64,000 nucleotides of DNA, from the NCBI GenBank assembly GCA_038321865.1, contig JBBQFH010000002.1:32001-96000 (forward strand), read 5' to 3'. How positions within the stretch are numbered: position 1 is the stretch's first letter; each line of letters opens with the position of its first letter. The notes below the pieces were generated by a model. It did not search any database, was not told where the DNA came from, and saw only the letters and a list, made by a program, of their open reading frames with translations. The position numbers and the translations under genes are program-made. Shown one piece after another: positions 30,101-42,116 of this stretch. The DNA is from Gemmatimonadales bacterium (GTDB lineage: Bacteria > Gemmatimonadota > Gemmatimonadetes > Gemmatimonadales > GWC2-71-9).

Positions 30101-30322
30101 CATGGCGCGAAAGCGGCAGATCAGGTCCTTGATCGTGCGCGAGAAGACGTGATGAATGCCCGGCCGGCCGTTCGCGGTCGGCGGCCCCTCATAGAACACG
30201 AACGGCTCGCCGCCGCGCGTGGCCTCGAGCGTCCGCCGGAACAGGCCTTCCGATTTCCAGAGCGCGAGCTGCTGCTGCTCCAGCTCGTCGGCGGAAAGAT
30301 CGGGCCAGGGACTGAACGGCAT
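27152..30322 (-). CDS. ileS: Isoleucyl-tRNA synthetase, type 2 (IleRS2)
   Basis: EGPPTANGRPGIHH, GWDTHGLP, WTTTPWTL, SRDRYWGTP, EGIDQTRGWF, KMSKS; type-2 C-terminus (EGLVRELVSRVQRLRKEAG). Confidence 0.97.
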   Translation of the reverse strand: MPFSPWPDLSADELEQQQLALWKSEGLFRRTLEATRGGEPFVFYEGPPTANGRPGIHHVFSRTIKDLICRFRAMQGRSVTRIAGWDTHGLPVEIEVEKELKLVGGKRDIERFGVAEFNARARKSVFRYQEEWENLSDRIGYWLDYEHPYVTYSNDYVESVWWLLRRLRERDLLYRGHRVLPYCPRCGTVLSSHELAQGYETVTTNSVYLTFPLADGSGRELLVWTTTPWTLLSNVALAINPDLEYGEYLIGERRLVLATARAALPSSGQKGAGTFADVGPVRTFSGRELVGLRYERPFEVVPLPVDAVSRVVIPGTFVTADDGSGIVHMAPAFGADDYAAGQEHSLALLRPVAGDGTFVGLEWPELEGRLVTARETNDLIIRRLKDDGRWHLTVPYTHSYPHCWRCSRPLIYYARDSWFVRTSALKQRMLELNAQVDWHPPEVGPGRFGAWLENNVDWALSRDRYWGTPLPVWVCDRDATHVEVVGSYGQLAERWGQALPEGFDPHKPFIDGYDWACACGGRMRRTPEVIDTWFDSGSMPYAQWHYPFEHEDEFAAHFPADYICEGIDQTRGWFYSLLAIGTAAFDTLAYRHVIVNELVLDADGLKMSKSRGNVVNPWDAISEFGADTIRLYLVASSQVWLPKRFDRRTIPEVAGGFFNTLRNTYEFYRRYAEGVAEPVEPPDATPADRWVASRLQATVDAVVTAWNGYDVTTGARALMDFVVDDLSNWYVRTNRARFWAPDRDADPAALLTLRTALLTVSRLLAPAAPFASDWLHRAIAGTSVHLALFPVAGAEREISLELAMDAVRRLASLARAAREEARLKVRQPLARMQVAVPAAVRGPAFDQLLELLRSEVNVRSIEVAQSDTDLVRLRGKANFRSLGKRFGKRTPDVAAACAGLSPAQLRVLEGGEPVQLRLGDDELTILPEDLVVEREVTSEWIVQSAGPFVVALDPALDAGLRAEGLVRELVSRVQRLRKEAGYEFTTRIGLWVDGDPSALDAARGFENFLRDEVLAREIHLGARAPSPDLEQTLELDGVQMVVGVRRFDDGRSPVAP

Positions 30323-30329
30323 CAGCGCG

Positions 30330-31049
30330 TCAACTCCGGCTTCCGGATGGAATGATTGGCTCACCCCCGGTCCGCTCGCCGAACAGCGACGTGCCGAGGC
30401 GCAGCATGGTGGCACCCTCCTCCACGGCCGCCGGGAAATCCCCGGACATCCCCATGGACAGCTCCGGCAGTTGAACGCCGTGCGCTTCGGCGCGGTCCCG
30501 CAGCCCTCGCAGGCTGGCGAAGGTGCGGCGCTGAAGCGCCTCGTCGGCATCGTAGGCCGCCATCGTCATCAGCCCCTGCACCTCGAGTCGATCCAGCGGA
30601 CCGAGTGCATCGAGAAGCCGGAGAAGATCGCCCGGCTCGACCCCGCCCTTCTGCGGCTCGGCCGAGCAGTTGACCTGCACCAGAACCGGCTGCCGGGTAC
30701 CTGCCGGGCACCGCCGCTGGAGTTCGACGGCCAGCTCGATACGGTCAACCGACTGGATGAGGGCGAACACCCCGACTATCTGCCGGACCTTGTTGCGCTG
30801 CAGTCCGCCCACCAGATGCCAGCGCATCGCGGCGTCCGCGGAATGCGCCAGCTTCGGCAGCGCCTCCTGGACGCGGTTTTCCCCGACGTCGGTCAGGCCG
30901 ACCCGCGCGGCCGCTCGCACCGCGTCGGCCCCATGCGTCTTGGTGATCGCGACGATTCGGACGGCGTGGCCCAGCCCGGACCGGTGCTGTCGGTCGGCGA
31001 CAGTCTCACGCACCTTCGCAAGTCGCTCCGCCAGCTCCGGGAAATCCAT
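30330..31049 (-). CDS. yggS: PLP homeostasis protein YggS/PROSC
   Basis: VAITKT, GENRVQE, WHLVGGLQRNK, GLMTM, LSMGMSGDF, GATMLRLGTSLFG. Confidence 0.94.
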   Translation of the reverse strand: MDFPELAERLAKVRETVADRQHRSGLGHAVRIVAITKTHGADAVRAAARVGLTDVGENRVQEALPKLAHSADAAMRWHLVGGLQRNKVRQIVGVFALIQSVDRIELAVELQRRCPAGTRQPVLVQVNCSAEPQKGGVEPGDLLRLLDALGPLDRLEVQGLMTMAAYDADEALQRRTFASLRGLRDRAEAHGVQLPELSMGMSGDFPAAVEEGATMLRLGTSLFGERTGGEPIIPSGSRS

Positions 31050-31096
31050 AGCCCTCAAATTTATCCGGGCGCGAGGCCGAACGGGAGCCGCGACGG

Positions 31097-33475
31097 CTAC
31101 CGGGACGGGAGCGCCGGGACCGGCGCGATCGGGAATCGGCCCTGCCGCATGGCATCGAGCGCCGCCTGCAGCGCCGGATTCGGCCGCAGCGCCAGCGAGC
31201 GCGCGAGGTTCCGGACAACCTCAGCGGTATCGCCGTGAGCCTCTGCCTCGGCCGCCAGCTGCCCGAATGGGGCCGCCAGGCTGGCCGCGATCGAAGCGGC
31301 CGTGCTTTCGAGCTCGCGCGCGGGTCCATTGTCGAGGCCCGAGTAGCGGTACGTCTCCCAGAGGAGGCGCCGCGTCGCGGGCACGTCCATGGCGGGACCG
31401 CCGAATGACCCCGGGACGACGCCCGGTGCCGTCGTATCGGGGCGGGCAGTGAGCTGCGTGAAGCCGATACCGCGCTGCAGTACATAGTCGCCGAGGCCGC
31501 CGAAATCGCGCCCGGTGGTGGCCGCCCAGACGATCGGACGCCGGGTCAGGTTCTGCTGCACGATGCGGATCGCGGCGATCTGGTTCGGCTCGAGGAAGGT
31601 GTTGGGAGGATAGGTGTGGCTGAACGGACCGAAGTTGACCGTGAATCCTGGCCGCCCGAGCGCCACGATGGTGGACGGGTCGAACGCTGCTGCAATCTGT
31701 TCGTCGGTCATGGAATGCAGCGGACCGCTCGGCTTCACCGGATGAAGTCCGCGCCAGATCGCCGGGGCACGAGCCTCGTCGAACTGGCGGATCGGCGCCT
31801 CGCGCAGCTGCCGGAGGTACCAGTCGGTGTTGGCGAGTGCCAGGCACACGACCGTTACGTCCTGCCGGACCCCTTCCGCTTCCTGCGCCCACCACACCGG
31901 AAAGGTGTCGTTGTCGCCGTAGAGGAACAGCACGCCGTACGGCGGCACCGAGTTGAGCAGATCGTAGGCGAAGTCGGCTGCCAGCCGCGCGTCAGGGCCC
32001 TTGCGGGTGGCGGCTGACCAGTTGAGCAGGAGCGGAATTGCCGCAAGCGCGAGCACGCCGCCGGCCGCCCGCCTCCGCCACCCGCCCCGCGCGAACATCT
32101 CTCTGGCCAGGGACGCGAGTCCGATCCCCGCCCAAAGGCCCCAGATCACGAAGCTCACGACGAAGAAGTAGTCCCGCTCCCGCACCTCGTGCTGCTCGCC
32201 GTTGGGATAAAGATCGTATCCCAGGCTGAACCCAGGCCTGAAGTTCATATACGCGACGAGCCCGAAACCCGTCACCAGGAAGATCATGAGGAAGAGCCAC
32301 CAGGCGCTCCGGTCGAGCCGGCGCTGCACGACGAATCCCCTGATGCCGAGCGAGGCCGCGGCCAGGGTGACCGCGAGCCGCGCGGGCGACGTGATCGCGT
32401 TGACGGCGGCCAGCCCCTTGGCCCACTGCCAATCGAAATAGAGAATGTAGTTCTGCAGCTGGAGCCCGACGATGGCGAGACTTCTGCCAGGATTGTCCGG
32501 CCCGTGCATGACGGTTGGGTCGTCGAGTGGCGTGCGCACGGGATACTGCGCCCTCCGGATCACGGCCAGCAACGCGTCCCAGTTTGAGGGCGCCGCTTCA
32601 TTCAGTATCGGGTGCTGCGCGGCGCGGATGAACAGGAAGAGGTATGGAGTCAGGCCGATGGCGGCCACCGCCAACGCCACGAAGGCGAAGCTCGCCGTTC
32701 CAGCCGAGCCAGCGTATAAGGCCGCCGCAACAAAGCAGGCCGCGCCGAGCGCGGTGAGCGTCGTGCTGCCGAGGCCGCTGCCGATCAGCAGCGCCCAGGT
32801 CCCCGCGACGACGGCGGTCTGCGCCCACTCGCGGCGGCGTACGTTCGCATCCGCGGACGGCGCAAGCCGGAGCGTGGAGATCATGAACGCGACGATGCCG
32901 GGACCGGCCAGGAGCGCGAGCAAATGGTTGGCGACAGAGACACCGCCGAGATACAGAATCAGCAGCAACACCCGTGAGCCCGATTCCGTACCCCGCCGCG
33001 CGCGCCAGACGTGGCAGAGCCAGCAAACCACCGCGATCGTAAACGTGGCGACCGCGTAGACCTCCGTCTCATTCGAGTTCTGCCAGTTCGTAAAAGTGAA
33101 GGCCCCGATAACGGCCGCGGCGAACGCCCCGCCGGTCTGCGTCACGAATGCCGCCCGGGAATCGAGCCCGGTGGCAAGCGCGCTCAGGGAGGACCGGACG
33201 ACCAGGAAGAAGCAGCCGGCACCGAGCGCACTCAGCAGTGCGCTGAGCAGGTTGGTCCGGACCGCATACTCTCCGACCGGAAGCAGCGCCGCCCACACGT
33301 GTGCGATCATGACGAACAGCGGGGTGCCGGGCGGATGCGGAATGCCGAGGACCCGGGCCGCGGCGATGAATTCGCCGGCGTCCCAGAACGTGACGGTCGG
33401 CGCCAGCGTGAGGATGTAGACCAGCCACACGAATCCGGCCACCGCGAGCGCGGCGAGGTACGGTGAACGACGCAT
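31097..33475 (-). CDS. DUF2723 (TMEM260-like) multi-pass membrane glycosyltransferase
   Basis: TLAPTVTFWDAGEF...HPPGTPLF, EVY, ERDYFF, GDNDTFP; many TMs. Confidence 0.82.
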   Translation of the reverse strand: MRRSPYLAALAVAGFVWLVYILTLAPTVTFWDAGEFIAAARVLGIPHPPGTPLFVMIAHVWAALLPVGEYAVRTNLLSALLSALGAGCFFLVVRSSLSALATGLDSRAAFVTQTGGAFAAAVIGAFTFTNWQNSNETEVYAVATFTIAVVCWLCHVWRARRGTESGSRVLLLILYLGGVSVANHLLALLAGPGIVAFMISTLRLAPSADANVRRREWAQTAVVAGTWALLIGSGLGSTTLTALGAACFVAAALYAGSAGTASFAFVALAVAAIGLTPYLFLFIRAAQHPILNEAAPSNWDALLAVIRRAQYPVRTPLDDPTVMHGPDNPGRSLAIVGLQLQNYILYFDWQWAKGLAAVNAITSPARLAVTLAAASLGIRGFVVQRRLDRSAWWLFLMIFLVTGFGLVAYMNFRPGFSLGYDLYPNGEQHEVRERDYFFVVSFVIWGLWAGIGLASLAREMFARGGWRRRAAGGVLALAAIPLLLNWSAATRKGPDARLAADFAYDLLNSVPPYGVLFLYGDNDTFPVWWAQEAEGVRQDVTVVCLALANTDWYLRQLREAPIRQFDEARAPAIWRGLHPVKPSGPLHSMTDEQIAAAFDPSTIVALGRPGFTVNFGPFSHTYPPNTFLEPNQIAAIRIVQQNLTRRPIVWAATTGRDFGGLGDYVLQRGIGFTQLTARPDTTAPGVVPGSFGGPAMDVPATRRLLWETYRYSGLDNGPARELESTAASIAASLAAPFGQLAAEAEAHGDTAEVVRNLARSLALRPNPALQAALDAMRQGRFPIAPVPALPSR

Positions 33476-33483
33476 GCGCATCT

Positions 33484-34652
33484 TCAGGAAGGATCGAGGG
33501 AACGAACCAGCGCGAGCGCTTCGCGCGCGGCGCGGACATCGTGAACGCGGAACAGCCGCGCGCCGCGCTCCCAACCGACGGCGCAGGCGGTCGCCGAGCG
33601 TACGTCCCGAGCCGCGGGCGAGTCATCAAGCTGCCCGGCCAGGAATCGCTTGCGGGATGGCCCGATGAGCACAGGATGGCCAAGCACGCGGAGAGAGGCC
33701 AGCTCATCGAGCAGCAGCATGTTCTGAGGCACGGTCTTCGAGAAGCCGAACCCGGGATCGATCACGATCGCGTCTGCGCCGACTCCGGCGGACACGGCGC
33801 GGGCCAGTGACTGACGCAGGTCGTCGAGCACACCGGCGATGACGCCGGCCGGGTACTGCGCGTGCACGTACGACGCGATGTCGAGAATCCCACCGCGCGA
33901 ATGCATCACTACCACGCCGGCACCGGCCCTGGCAACGACGGCTGCCATCGCATCATCGAGCCGGAGGCCGGACACGTCGTTCACGATCGCCGCGCCGGCG
34001 TCGATCGCCGCGCGCGCCACCTCGGCCTTCACCGTATCTACCGAGATGAGCACCGCAGGGGCTTCACGAGCGAGTGCCGCGATCACCGGGATCACCCGCG
34101 CCAGCTCATCCGCGGGCGCGACGGGCGCCGTTCGGCCCGGACGGGTGGATTCCCCACCGACATCGATGATGGCGGCACCGCCCGCAGCCAGTTCTACGGC
34201 ATGAGCCACCGCCGCCTCGGGCCCCGCGAAGCGGCCGCCGTCGCTGAAGCTGTCCGGCGTGACGTTCAGGATCCCCATCAGCACCGGTTCCGTCAGCGAC
34301 AGCGCACCCCGCGCTGTCCGCCAGGCCACGGACTGCTCGGCCGGGAGCGCCATGCCGAGCTCCACGGCGACATCACGCAGGGAATCGGGCACGACCCAGG
34401 GTCGGGCGAGGGCGCTCAGGCGTGCCTGGCTGCCCGCGACGACAGCCCAGTCGTCACCGGTCACGACATTGAGCCCGAGCTTCCCACCATGCAGCACCAG
34501 CGCCTCGAGCGTCGCCGGCTGCAGCGCGGACAACAGAAACGCGGCGGGGTGAATACCCCCTGCCGCGTCTCTCGCCAGCCCCGCATCCCAGCCGTGGGCG
34601 CGAAGCGCATCTTCAACGGCCCGCGGCGAGTGAACCGCCAGCGGGACGACCG

Positions 34653-34656
<4 letters not shown>
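33484..34656 (-). CDS. folP: Dihydropteroate synthase with N-terminal extension
   Basis: MGILNVTPDSFSDGG, DVGGESTRPG, DPGFGFSK, SRKRF, RVHDV. Confidence 0.94.
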
Positions 34657-36638
<1,982 letters not shown>

Positions 36639-37199
36639 TTATTCCAAGTCCCCGATGAACGGGAGGTGTCTGAAGTTCTCGGCGTGGTCGAGACCATACC
36701 CGACCAGAAACGCCGGCGGTGCGCTGAAGCCGACAAAACGGAGCTCGGCTGGAGGCTCCGGTGCCAGGTGCTTGTCGAGCAGCGCGCAGATGGCGAGGCT
36801 CTTCGGCTTTCTGGCGCCAAGCAGCACCATCAGGTGCTGGAGCGTCTTGCCCGTATCAATGATATCCTCGACGACCAGGATATGTTTCCCCTCCAGCTGA
36901 GTCGCCGGATCGTAGAGCAGCCGCACGCTGCCGCTCGATACCGTCCCCGCCCCGTACGAGCTCGCCACCAGAAAATCCACCTGCAGCGGTCGCTCGATCT
37001 TCCGGACGAGATCGCTCAGGAAGATGAAGCTGCCCTTCAGCAGCCCGACCACGAGCAGCTCGCCGTCGGGATACGCCGCGGTGATTTCGGCCCCGAGCTC
37101 GGCGACCTTCTCCGCGATGGCCGCCTCGTCGAAGATGATCGATTTCATGTTGCGCCCGCCAGTGCGGCGCAGGACCTCAGGGGTACGCGACTTCGACAC
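36639..37199 (-). CDS. hpt: Hypoxanthine phosphoribosyltransferase
   Basis: GLLKGSFIF, VEDIIDTGKT, VGYGLD. Start is either GTG 37199 or ATG 37148. Confidence 0.95.
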   Translation of the reverse strand: MSKSRTPEVLRRTGGRNMKSIIFDEAAIAEKVAELGAEITAAYPDGELLVVGLLKGSFIFLSDLVRKIERPLQVDFLVASSYGAGTVSSGSVRLLYDPATQLEGKHILVVEDIIDTGKTLQHLMVLLGARKPKSLAICALLDKHLAPEPPAELRFVGFSAPPAFLVGYGLDHAENFRHLPFIGDLE

Positions 37200-38493
37200 G
37201 CAACGCCTCCGCGCCTTCCGCTGGAACCAGCCGGTCCGCCCGGCAGACACCGGGGACCCAGACCGCCGAGCCGTCCATCTCGAATACCGGCCACACACTA
37301 CGGCGGCTCCGCGGGATCCGCGCCTCCTGAAAGCACTTGGCCACCGGCCGCCGACCGTTTCCCCGAATAGGCCGGATCATGTCGCCAGGGCGCGCCGGCC
37401 GGATGGTGAGCGGACCGGGGACGAACCATGCCGTCATCGCATCGCGCTCATGGCCCGCCGGCGCCCGCCCGTAGCTGCACCGGTATTGCCACGGTCCCCA
37501 GTTGCCGGATTCGGCCGAGAGGGCGACTGCTGATGGCCCCGGCGATGGGGACCGCTTCATGAAACGCAATCGGCCGAAGGAAAGTTCGGCCTCCCAGCCG
37601 CCGCTGATCGGGGTGACGCGGCCGCTGGTTGCCCGGCTGGCCAGCTCCAGCACCCGGCCTGCGGCGCGCTCGCCGACGGTGCACCCCGCCCGCCGCCCCA
37701 TCGCACGCAGGAGCGCCGCCGCGACTGCTGAATCATACCCGAGCAGCGGAGCGGCGGCAACGGAAATTTCGCCTCCCTCCTCTCGGCATTCGAGCGCCGG
37801 CAGGACGCTGAGAAGTCGGTCCCACGCGTCGCGGTCCGCGGCAGCCATGCGCGCGCTGCGCAACAGGTTGGGCGTCAGATCGGGGATCCGCCGCTCGAGC
37901 ACCGGAAGCACAGCGGTGCGGATCCACGAGCGGAGGTGAATCGGATCGGCGTTCGCCGGGTCGCTCCACGCGCTAAGGCCGCGCGCTTGCACGTATTGCG
38001 CCAGCTCGGAGCGCCGAAACGGCAGCAACGGGCGGGCAATCGCGCCCCGCCGCCGCTGCATACCGGCGAGTCCGGCCGGGCCCGAGCCGGCGAGCAATCG
38101 CATCAGGGCCGTCTCAGCCTGGTCGTCGGCGTGATGCCCAGTCAGGATCGCCTGGGCGCCAAGGCGCGCGGCCACCTCTTCCAGCCACTGGTAGCGGGCA
38201 CGGCGAGCAGCCGTCTCTCCGGCCAATGGACCGAGTCGCAGCTGTCCGACCTCGACCGGCAGCCCGTACGATGCCGCCGCCCGCACGACCGTCGCGGCCG
38301 CGTCGCCGCTTCGCGGGTCGATTCCATGATCGGCATGGGCCACGGTCGGCAGCAGCCCGTGCCGGGATGCCGCCGCGGCGACGAGGTCGAGGAGCGCGAC
38401 CGAATCGGGGCCGCCCGATACCGCGACGACGATCGAGCCCGCCTTGAGCGCCAGCGAGTCGAGCTCGGCCTCGAACCGGTCGGAGATGGACAT
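37177..38493 (-). CDS. tilS: tRNA(Ile)-lysidine synthase
   Basis: AVSGGPDS, ARRARY, TGHHADDQAET, RPLL, DPAN; tilS-hpt-ftsH order. Confidence 0.94.
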   Translation of the reverse strand: MSISDRFEAELDSLALKAGSIVVAVSGGPDSVALLDLVAAAASRHGLLPTVAHADHGIDPRSGDAAATVVRAAASYGLPVEVGQLRLGPLAGETAARRARYQWLEEVAARLGAQAILTGHHADDQAETALMRLLAGSGPAGLAGMQRRRGAIARPLLPFRRSELAQYVQARGLSAWSDPANADPIHLRSWIRTAVLPVLERRIPDLTPNLLRSARMAAADRDAWDRLLSVLPALECREEGGEISVAAAPLLGYDSAVAAALLRAMGRRAGCTVGERAAGRVLELASRATSGRVTPISGGWEAELSFGRLRFMKRSPSPGPSAVALSAESGNWGPWQYRCSYGRAPAGHERDAMTAWFVPGPLTIRPARPGDMIRPIRGNGRRPVAKCFQEARIPRSRRSVWPVFEMDGSAVWVPGVCRADRLVPAEGAEALRVEVAYP

Positions 38494-38575
38494 GCCGAAG
38501 GATAATGGCGGGTGCGACTTGCGAGGACCGGGAACGGGATCGATCTTGCGCTTTCCCCCAGCGAAATTCGGCCAG

Positions 38576-40342
38576 ATGCGCTTTCCGTCAGTCACGGCCT
38601 TGTTGCACCGGGCGTATGCGGTCCTGCTTCGGTTCCCCTGGACGCTGGCTGCCGCGGCGACGGCGGCGGCGGTGGCCTTCATCGGCATCGGGCTGCATGA
38701 TCCCGGCGACGAATGGGTGCGCGGAGCCATGTCCGCGATGCTCGCCGTACCGCTCAGCGCGACAGTCGCCTTCGCGGCTGAGCGGTGGCGCTGGCGAGTT
38801 CCGCTCAGCATCGCGCTTCAGCTGGCCGGCCTGGCGATCGTCACCGGTTTCTATCTGACCTGGCGCGGCCCGGACGACCAGTGGGAGATGGTCCGATACC
38901 TCCAGTTCAGCGCCGCGCTTCACCTGCTGGTCGCCGTGGCCCCGTTCGTCCGCGGCGCCGAGACGGTCAGCTTCTGGGAATACAACCGCCAGCTGCTGCT
39001 GGCCTTCCTGCGGGCGGCCTTCTTTTCGGCCGTGCTGTTCGTGGGCCTGGCGGTGGCCCTCGGCGCACTCGACAAGCTCTTCGGCATTCATGTGCCGCCC
39101 AACACGTACCTGCGGCTCTGGGTGGTGATCGCCCTGCTGCTCAACACCTGGATCTTTCTGTCCGGGCTGTCCGACGATGTGACGGCGCTGAGCGATTCGC
39201 AGTCCTATCCCCGCGCGCTCAAGATCTTCACCCAGTTCATCCTCACGCCGCTCGTCTCGGTTTACCTGGTGATGCTTACCGCGTACCTCGCCAAGATCCT
39301 GCTGACCCGTCAGTGGCCAAGCGGATGGATCGGCTGGCTGGTGGGGAGCGTGAGCGTAGCGGGCATTCTGGGATTTCTCCTCGTTCACCCGCTCCGGCGC
39401 CGACGTGACGAAGGCTGGATCGGCATCTACGCCCGCTGGCTGTTCGTGGGGCTGATCCCGGCCGCGCTCATGCTGGTCGTCGCGCTGGCGAAACGGATCG
39501 GGCCGTATGGGCTGACGGAGCTTCGAGTGATCGCCCTGTCGCTCGCGGTCTGGCTGCTGGCGATCGGCTTGCTGTACACGCTCCGGCGCGACACCGGTAT
39601 TCGCACGATACCGCTTTCGCTGGCGGCGCTGCTGCTCGTCCTGCTCGCGGGCCCCATGAGCGCGACCGCACTGTCGGTGCGCAGCCAGACCCGGCGCCTG
39701 GTGCGCATGCTCAGGGTGCTGGCAGAGGCGCCCCCGCCCGATGCCAATCCCGACGTCCGGCGCGAGACGAGCGCGGCCGTTCGCTACCTGCTCGCTCGCC
39801 ATGCGGGCGGGCCGCTCCAGGCCGTCTTTGGCCGAACCGTGGCGTTCGATGACCGGCGCATGTGCTGCGACCATGCCGACACCGTCGCAACCGGCCTTCT
39901 GGCAACGAAGTCGATTGCGTACGTGAGGGATGGCGGCGGGCCCGGCGGCCGTTTTCGCTACGCGCAGCGTCCGGCGCTCCCGGTCGAGACCAGTGGCTTC
40001 GACTGGATGGTGGATGTCGCGTCACGCGACACGGGGACGGTCGTGCTTGGCACCGATACGCTCGGCTTCCGGACCGACTCCGCAAGCGGCGCGCTGGTAG
40101 TCGCCGCCCGGAGCGGACGTATGCTTCACTTCGACCTCGCGTCCGCGTTCGCGGCACTCGGCGCCGAACCAAATTCGCAGCCCGACTGGCGCTCCGGGCA
40201 AATGCGCCTTCGGGCGGAAGACGGCGGCCTCCGCGGGCTGCTGGTCCTGACCTCGATATCGCAGAGCGGAGACAGTTCGAAGGGACGTGCCTGGGGTGGG
40301 CACCTATTCGTTGTGATGGCGCCGGATACTGCCGGCCGCTGA
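38576..40342 (+). CDS. DUF4153-like multi-pass membrane protein
   Basis: About 10 TMs; FILTPLVSVYLVMLTAY, RIGPYGLTELR, SVRSQ. Confidence 0.7.
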   Translation: MRFPSVTALLHRAYAVLLRFPWTLAAAATAAAVAFIGIGLHDPGDEWVRGAMSAMLAVPLSATVAFAAERWRWRVPLSIALQLAGLAIVTGFYLTWRGPDDQWEMVRYLQFSAALHLLVAVAPFVRGAETVSFWEYNRQLLLAFLRAAFFSAVLFVGLAVALGALDKLFGIHVPPNTYLRLWVVIALLLNTWIFLSGLSDDVTALSDSQSYPRALKIFTQFILTPLVSVYLVMLTAYLAKILLTRQWPSGWIGWLVGSVSVAGILGFLLVHPLRRRRDEGWIGIYARWLFVGLIPAALMLVVALAKRIGPYGLTELRVIALSLAVWLLAIGLLYTLRRDTGIRTIPLSLAALLLVLLAGPMSATALSVRSQTRRLVRMLRVLAEAPPPDANPDVRRETSAAVRYLLARHAGGPLQAVFGRTVAFDDRRMCCDHADTVATGLLATKSIAYVRDGGGPGGRFRYAQRPALPVETSGFDWMVDVASRDTGTVVLGTDTLGFRTDSASGALVVAARSGRMLHFDLASAFAALGAEPNSQPDWRSGQMRLRAEDGGLRGLLVLTSISQSGDSSKGRAWGGHLFVVMAPDTAGR

Positions 40343-40433
40343 CCGCCGAGCGCGTGGTATGGGTCACGGCGGGACCGGCTGGCGAGCGGCATGTTGGTGA
40401 GCCGTTTTCGCATGTCCCCTGGCGGAGGCTCAC

Positions 40434-42116
40434 TTGACGATCTCGCTCAAGCCGGCGCACCTGAAACGATACAAGGACATCGCACTGCTGCTGCTGAAGT
40501 ACGGCCGCGGTGACCTCGTGGCCAGCAGCGGGCTCGACGCCGACCTCGGCGAGGGGACTGAACCGGTGGCCGGATCGGGCAAGGCCGAGGAGCTGGCCGC
40601 CGACCTGGAGAAGCTCGGTCCCACGTTCATCAAGCTGGGCCAGCTGCTGTCGACGCGCACGGAACTCCTCCCGGCGGCCTACATCGATGCGTTGTCGCGG
40701 CTGCAGGACAACGTCCAGCCCTTCGCGTTCGAGGACGTCGAGCGCATCGTAACCGACGAGCTCGGGGTGCGGCTTTCCAAGGGTTTCACCGACTTCGACC
40801 CCACCCCCATCGCCGCTGCGTCCCTCGGCCAGGTGCACAGGGCGACCCTGCGGGACGGCCGTCCGGTCGCGGTGAAGGTGCAGCGGCCGGACGTCCGTCC
40901 GCTCATCGTCGAGGACCTCGAGGCGATCGAGGAGATTGCCTCCATGCTCGACCGGCAAACCGATGCCGGGCGCCGCTACCAGTTCGCGACCATGGTGCAG
41001 GAGTTCCGGAAGGGGCTGCTGGCCGAGCTCGACTACCGTCGCGAAGCGCAGAACCTGAAGCTGCTGTCGGAGAATCTCGGGGAGTTCCCGCATATCATCG
41101 TCCCGCTGCCGGTCGACGATTACACCACCTCACGTGTCCTCACGATGGACTTCGTGACTGGGCGGAAGATCACGGCCCTCAGCCCGCTGACGTTGCTCGA
41201 GGTGGACGGCGATGCACTCGCGGAGGAGTTGTTCCGCGCTTATCTCAAGCAGATTCTGGTCGACGGCTTCTTCCACGCCGATCCGCACCCCGGCAACATC
41301 TTCCTCACCGATGATCATCGCGTCGCGCTGATCGACCTGGGGCTGGTCGCGCGCGTGGCCCCGCGCATGCAGCAGTACCTCCTGCAGCTGGTGCTGGCCA
41401 TCAGCGAAGGCCGCGGTGACGAAACTGCTGACTTCGCCCTGAAGCTCGGGCAGCCGATGGCCGACTTCGACGAGGGGTCGTTTCGCCGGAAGGTGTCCGA
41501 GATGGTGGCGGAGCATCACCTGGCGCGCGCCGAGGACATCCAGGTCGGCATGGCGGTGCTCAACATCAGCCGCGTTGCCGCCGATACCGGCATCCGCCTC
41601 GCGCCCGAGCTCACCATGCTCGGCAAGACGTTACTCAATCTCGACATAGTCGGACGCACGCTCGCGCCCAAGTCCGACCCGAACGCGACGATTCGGCGCA
41701 ACGCCGCCGAACTGATGAATCAGCGGATGCTCAAGTCGCTGTCGCCCGGGAACGTGTTCGCCGGCATGCTGGAGATGAAGGATCTGACGGAGCGGCTGCC
41801 CGGCCGCGTGAACAAGATCCTCGACACCGTGGCGGCCAACGAGCTCAAGCTCCGTGTGGACACCGGTGTCGACGCGGGCTCGCTGATGGAAGGCCTGCAA
41901 AAGGTCGCGAATCGCATCGCGATGGGGCTGGTACTCGCGGCGCTGATCGTGGGCGCTGCGATGCTGATGCAGGTGCGCACGACCTTCACGATCTTCGGCT
42001 ATCCCGGGCTTGCGATGGTATTGTTTCTCGCTGCCGTCGCATTCGGGCTGCTGCTGGTGATTTCCATCGCCCGCAGCGACTATCAGGATCGCGAGCGCGC
42101 CCGACAAAAACGGTGA
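40434..42116 (+). CDS. ABC1/UbiB/AarF-family atypical kinase
   Basis: LGPTFIKLGQ, AAASLGQVH, VAVKVQRP, FFHADPHPGN, IDLG; TTG start with GGAGG. Confidence 0.92.
   Translation: MTISLKPAHLKRYKDIALLLLKYGRGDLVASSGLDADLGEGTEPVAGSGKAEELAADLEKLGPTFIKLGQLLSTRTELLPAAYIDALSRLQDNVQPFAFEDVERIVTDELGVRLSKGFTDFDPTPIAAASLGQVHRATLRDGRPVAVKVQRPDVRPLIVEDLEAIEEIASMLDRQTDAGRRYQFATMVQEFRKGLLAELDYRREAQNLKLLSENLGEFPHIIVPLPVDDYTTSRVLTMDFVTGRKITALSPLTLLEVDGDALAEELFRAYLKQILVDGFFHADPHPGNIFLTDDHRVALIDLGLVARVAPRMQQYLLQLVLAISEGRGDETADFALKLGQPMADFDEGSFRRKVSEMVAEHHLARAEDIQVGMAVLNISRVAADTGIRLAPELTMLGKTLLNLDIVGRTLAPKSDPNATIRRNAAELMNQRMLKSLSPGNVFAGMLEMKDLTERLPGRVNKILDTVAANELKLRVDTGVDAGSLMEGLQKVANRIAMGLVLAALIVGAAMLMQVRTTFTIFGYPGLAMVLFLAAVAFGLLLVISIARSDYQDRERARQKR

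Noticed and set aside
27077..30355. Long plus-strand ORFs (1092 aa here; also 190-1695, 14013-16013, 19272-22085, 34899-36572, 58015-59805)
   Set aside because: Antisense shadows of well-supported minus-strand genes, typical of high-GC DNA; no recognisable motifs.
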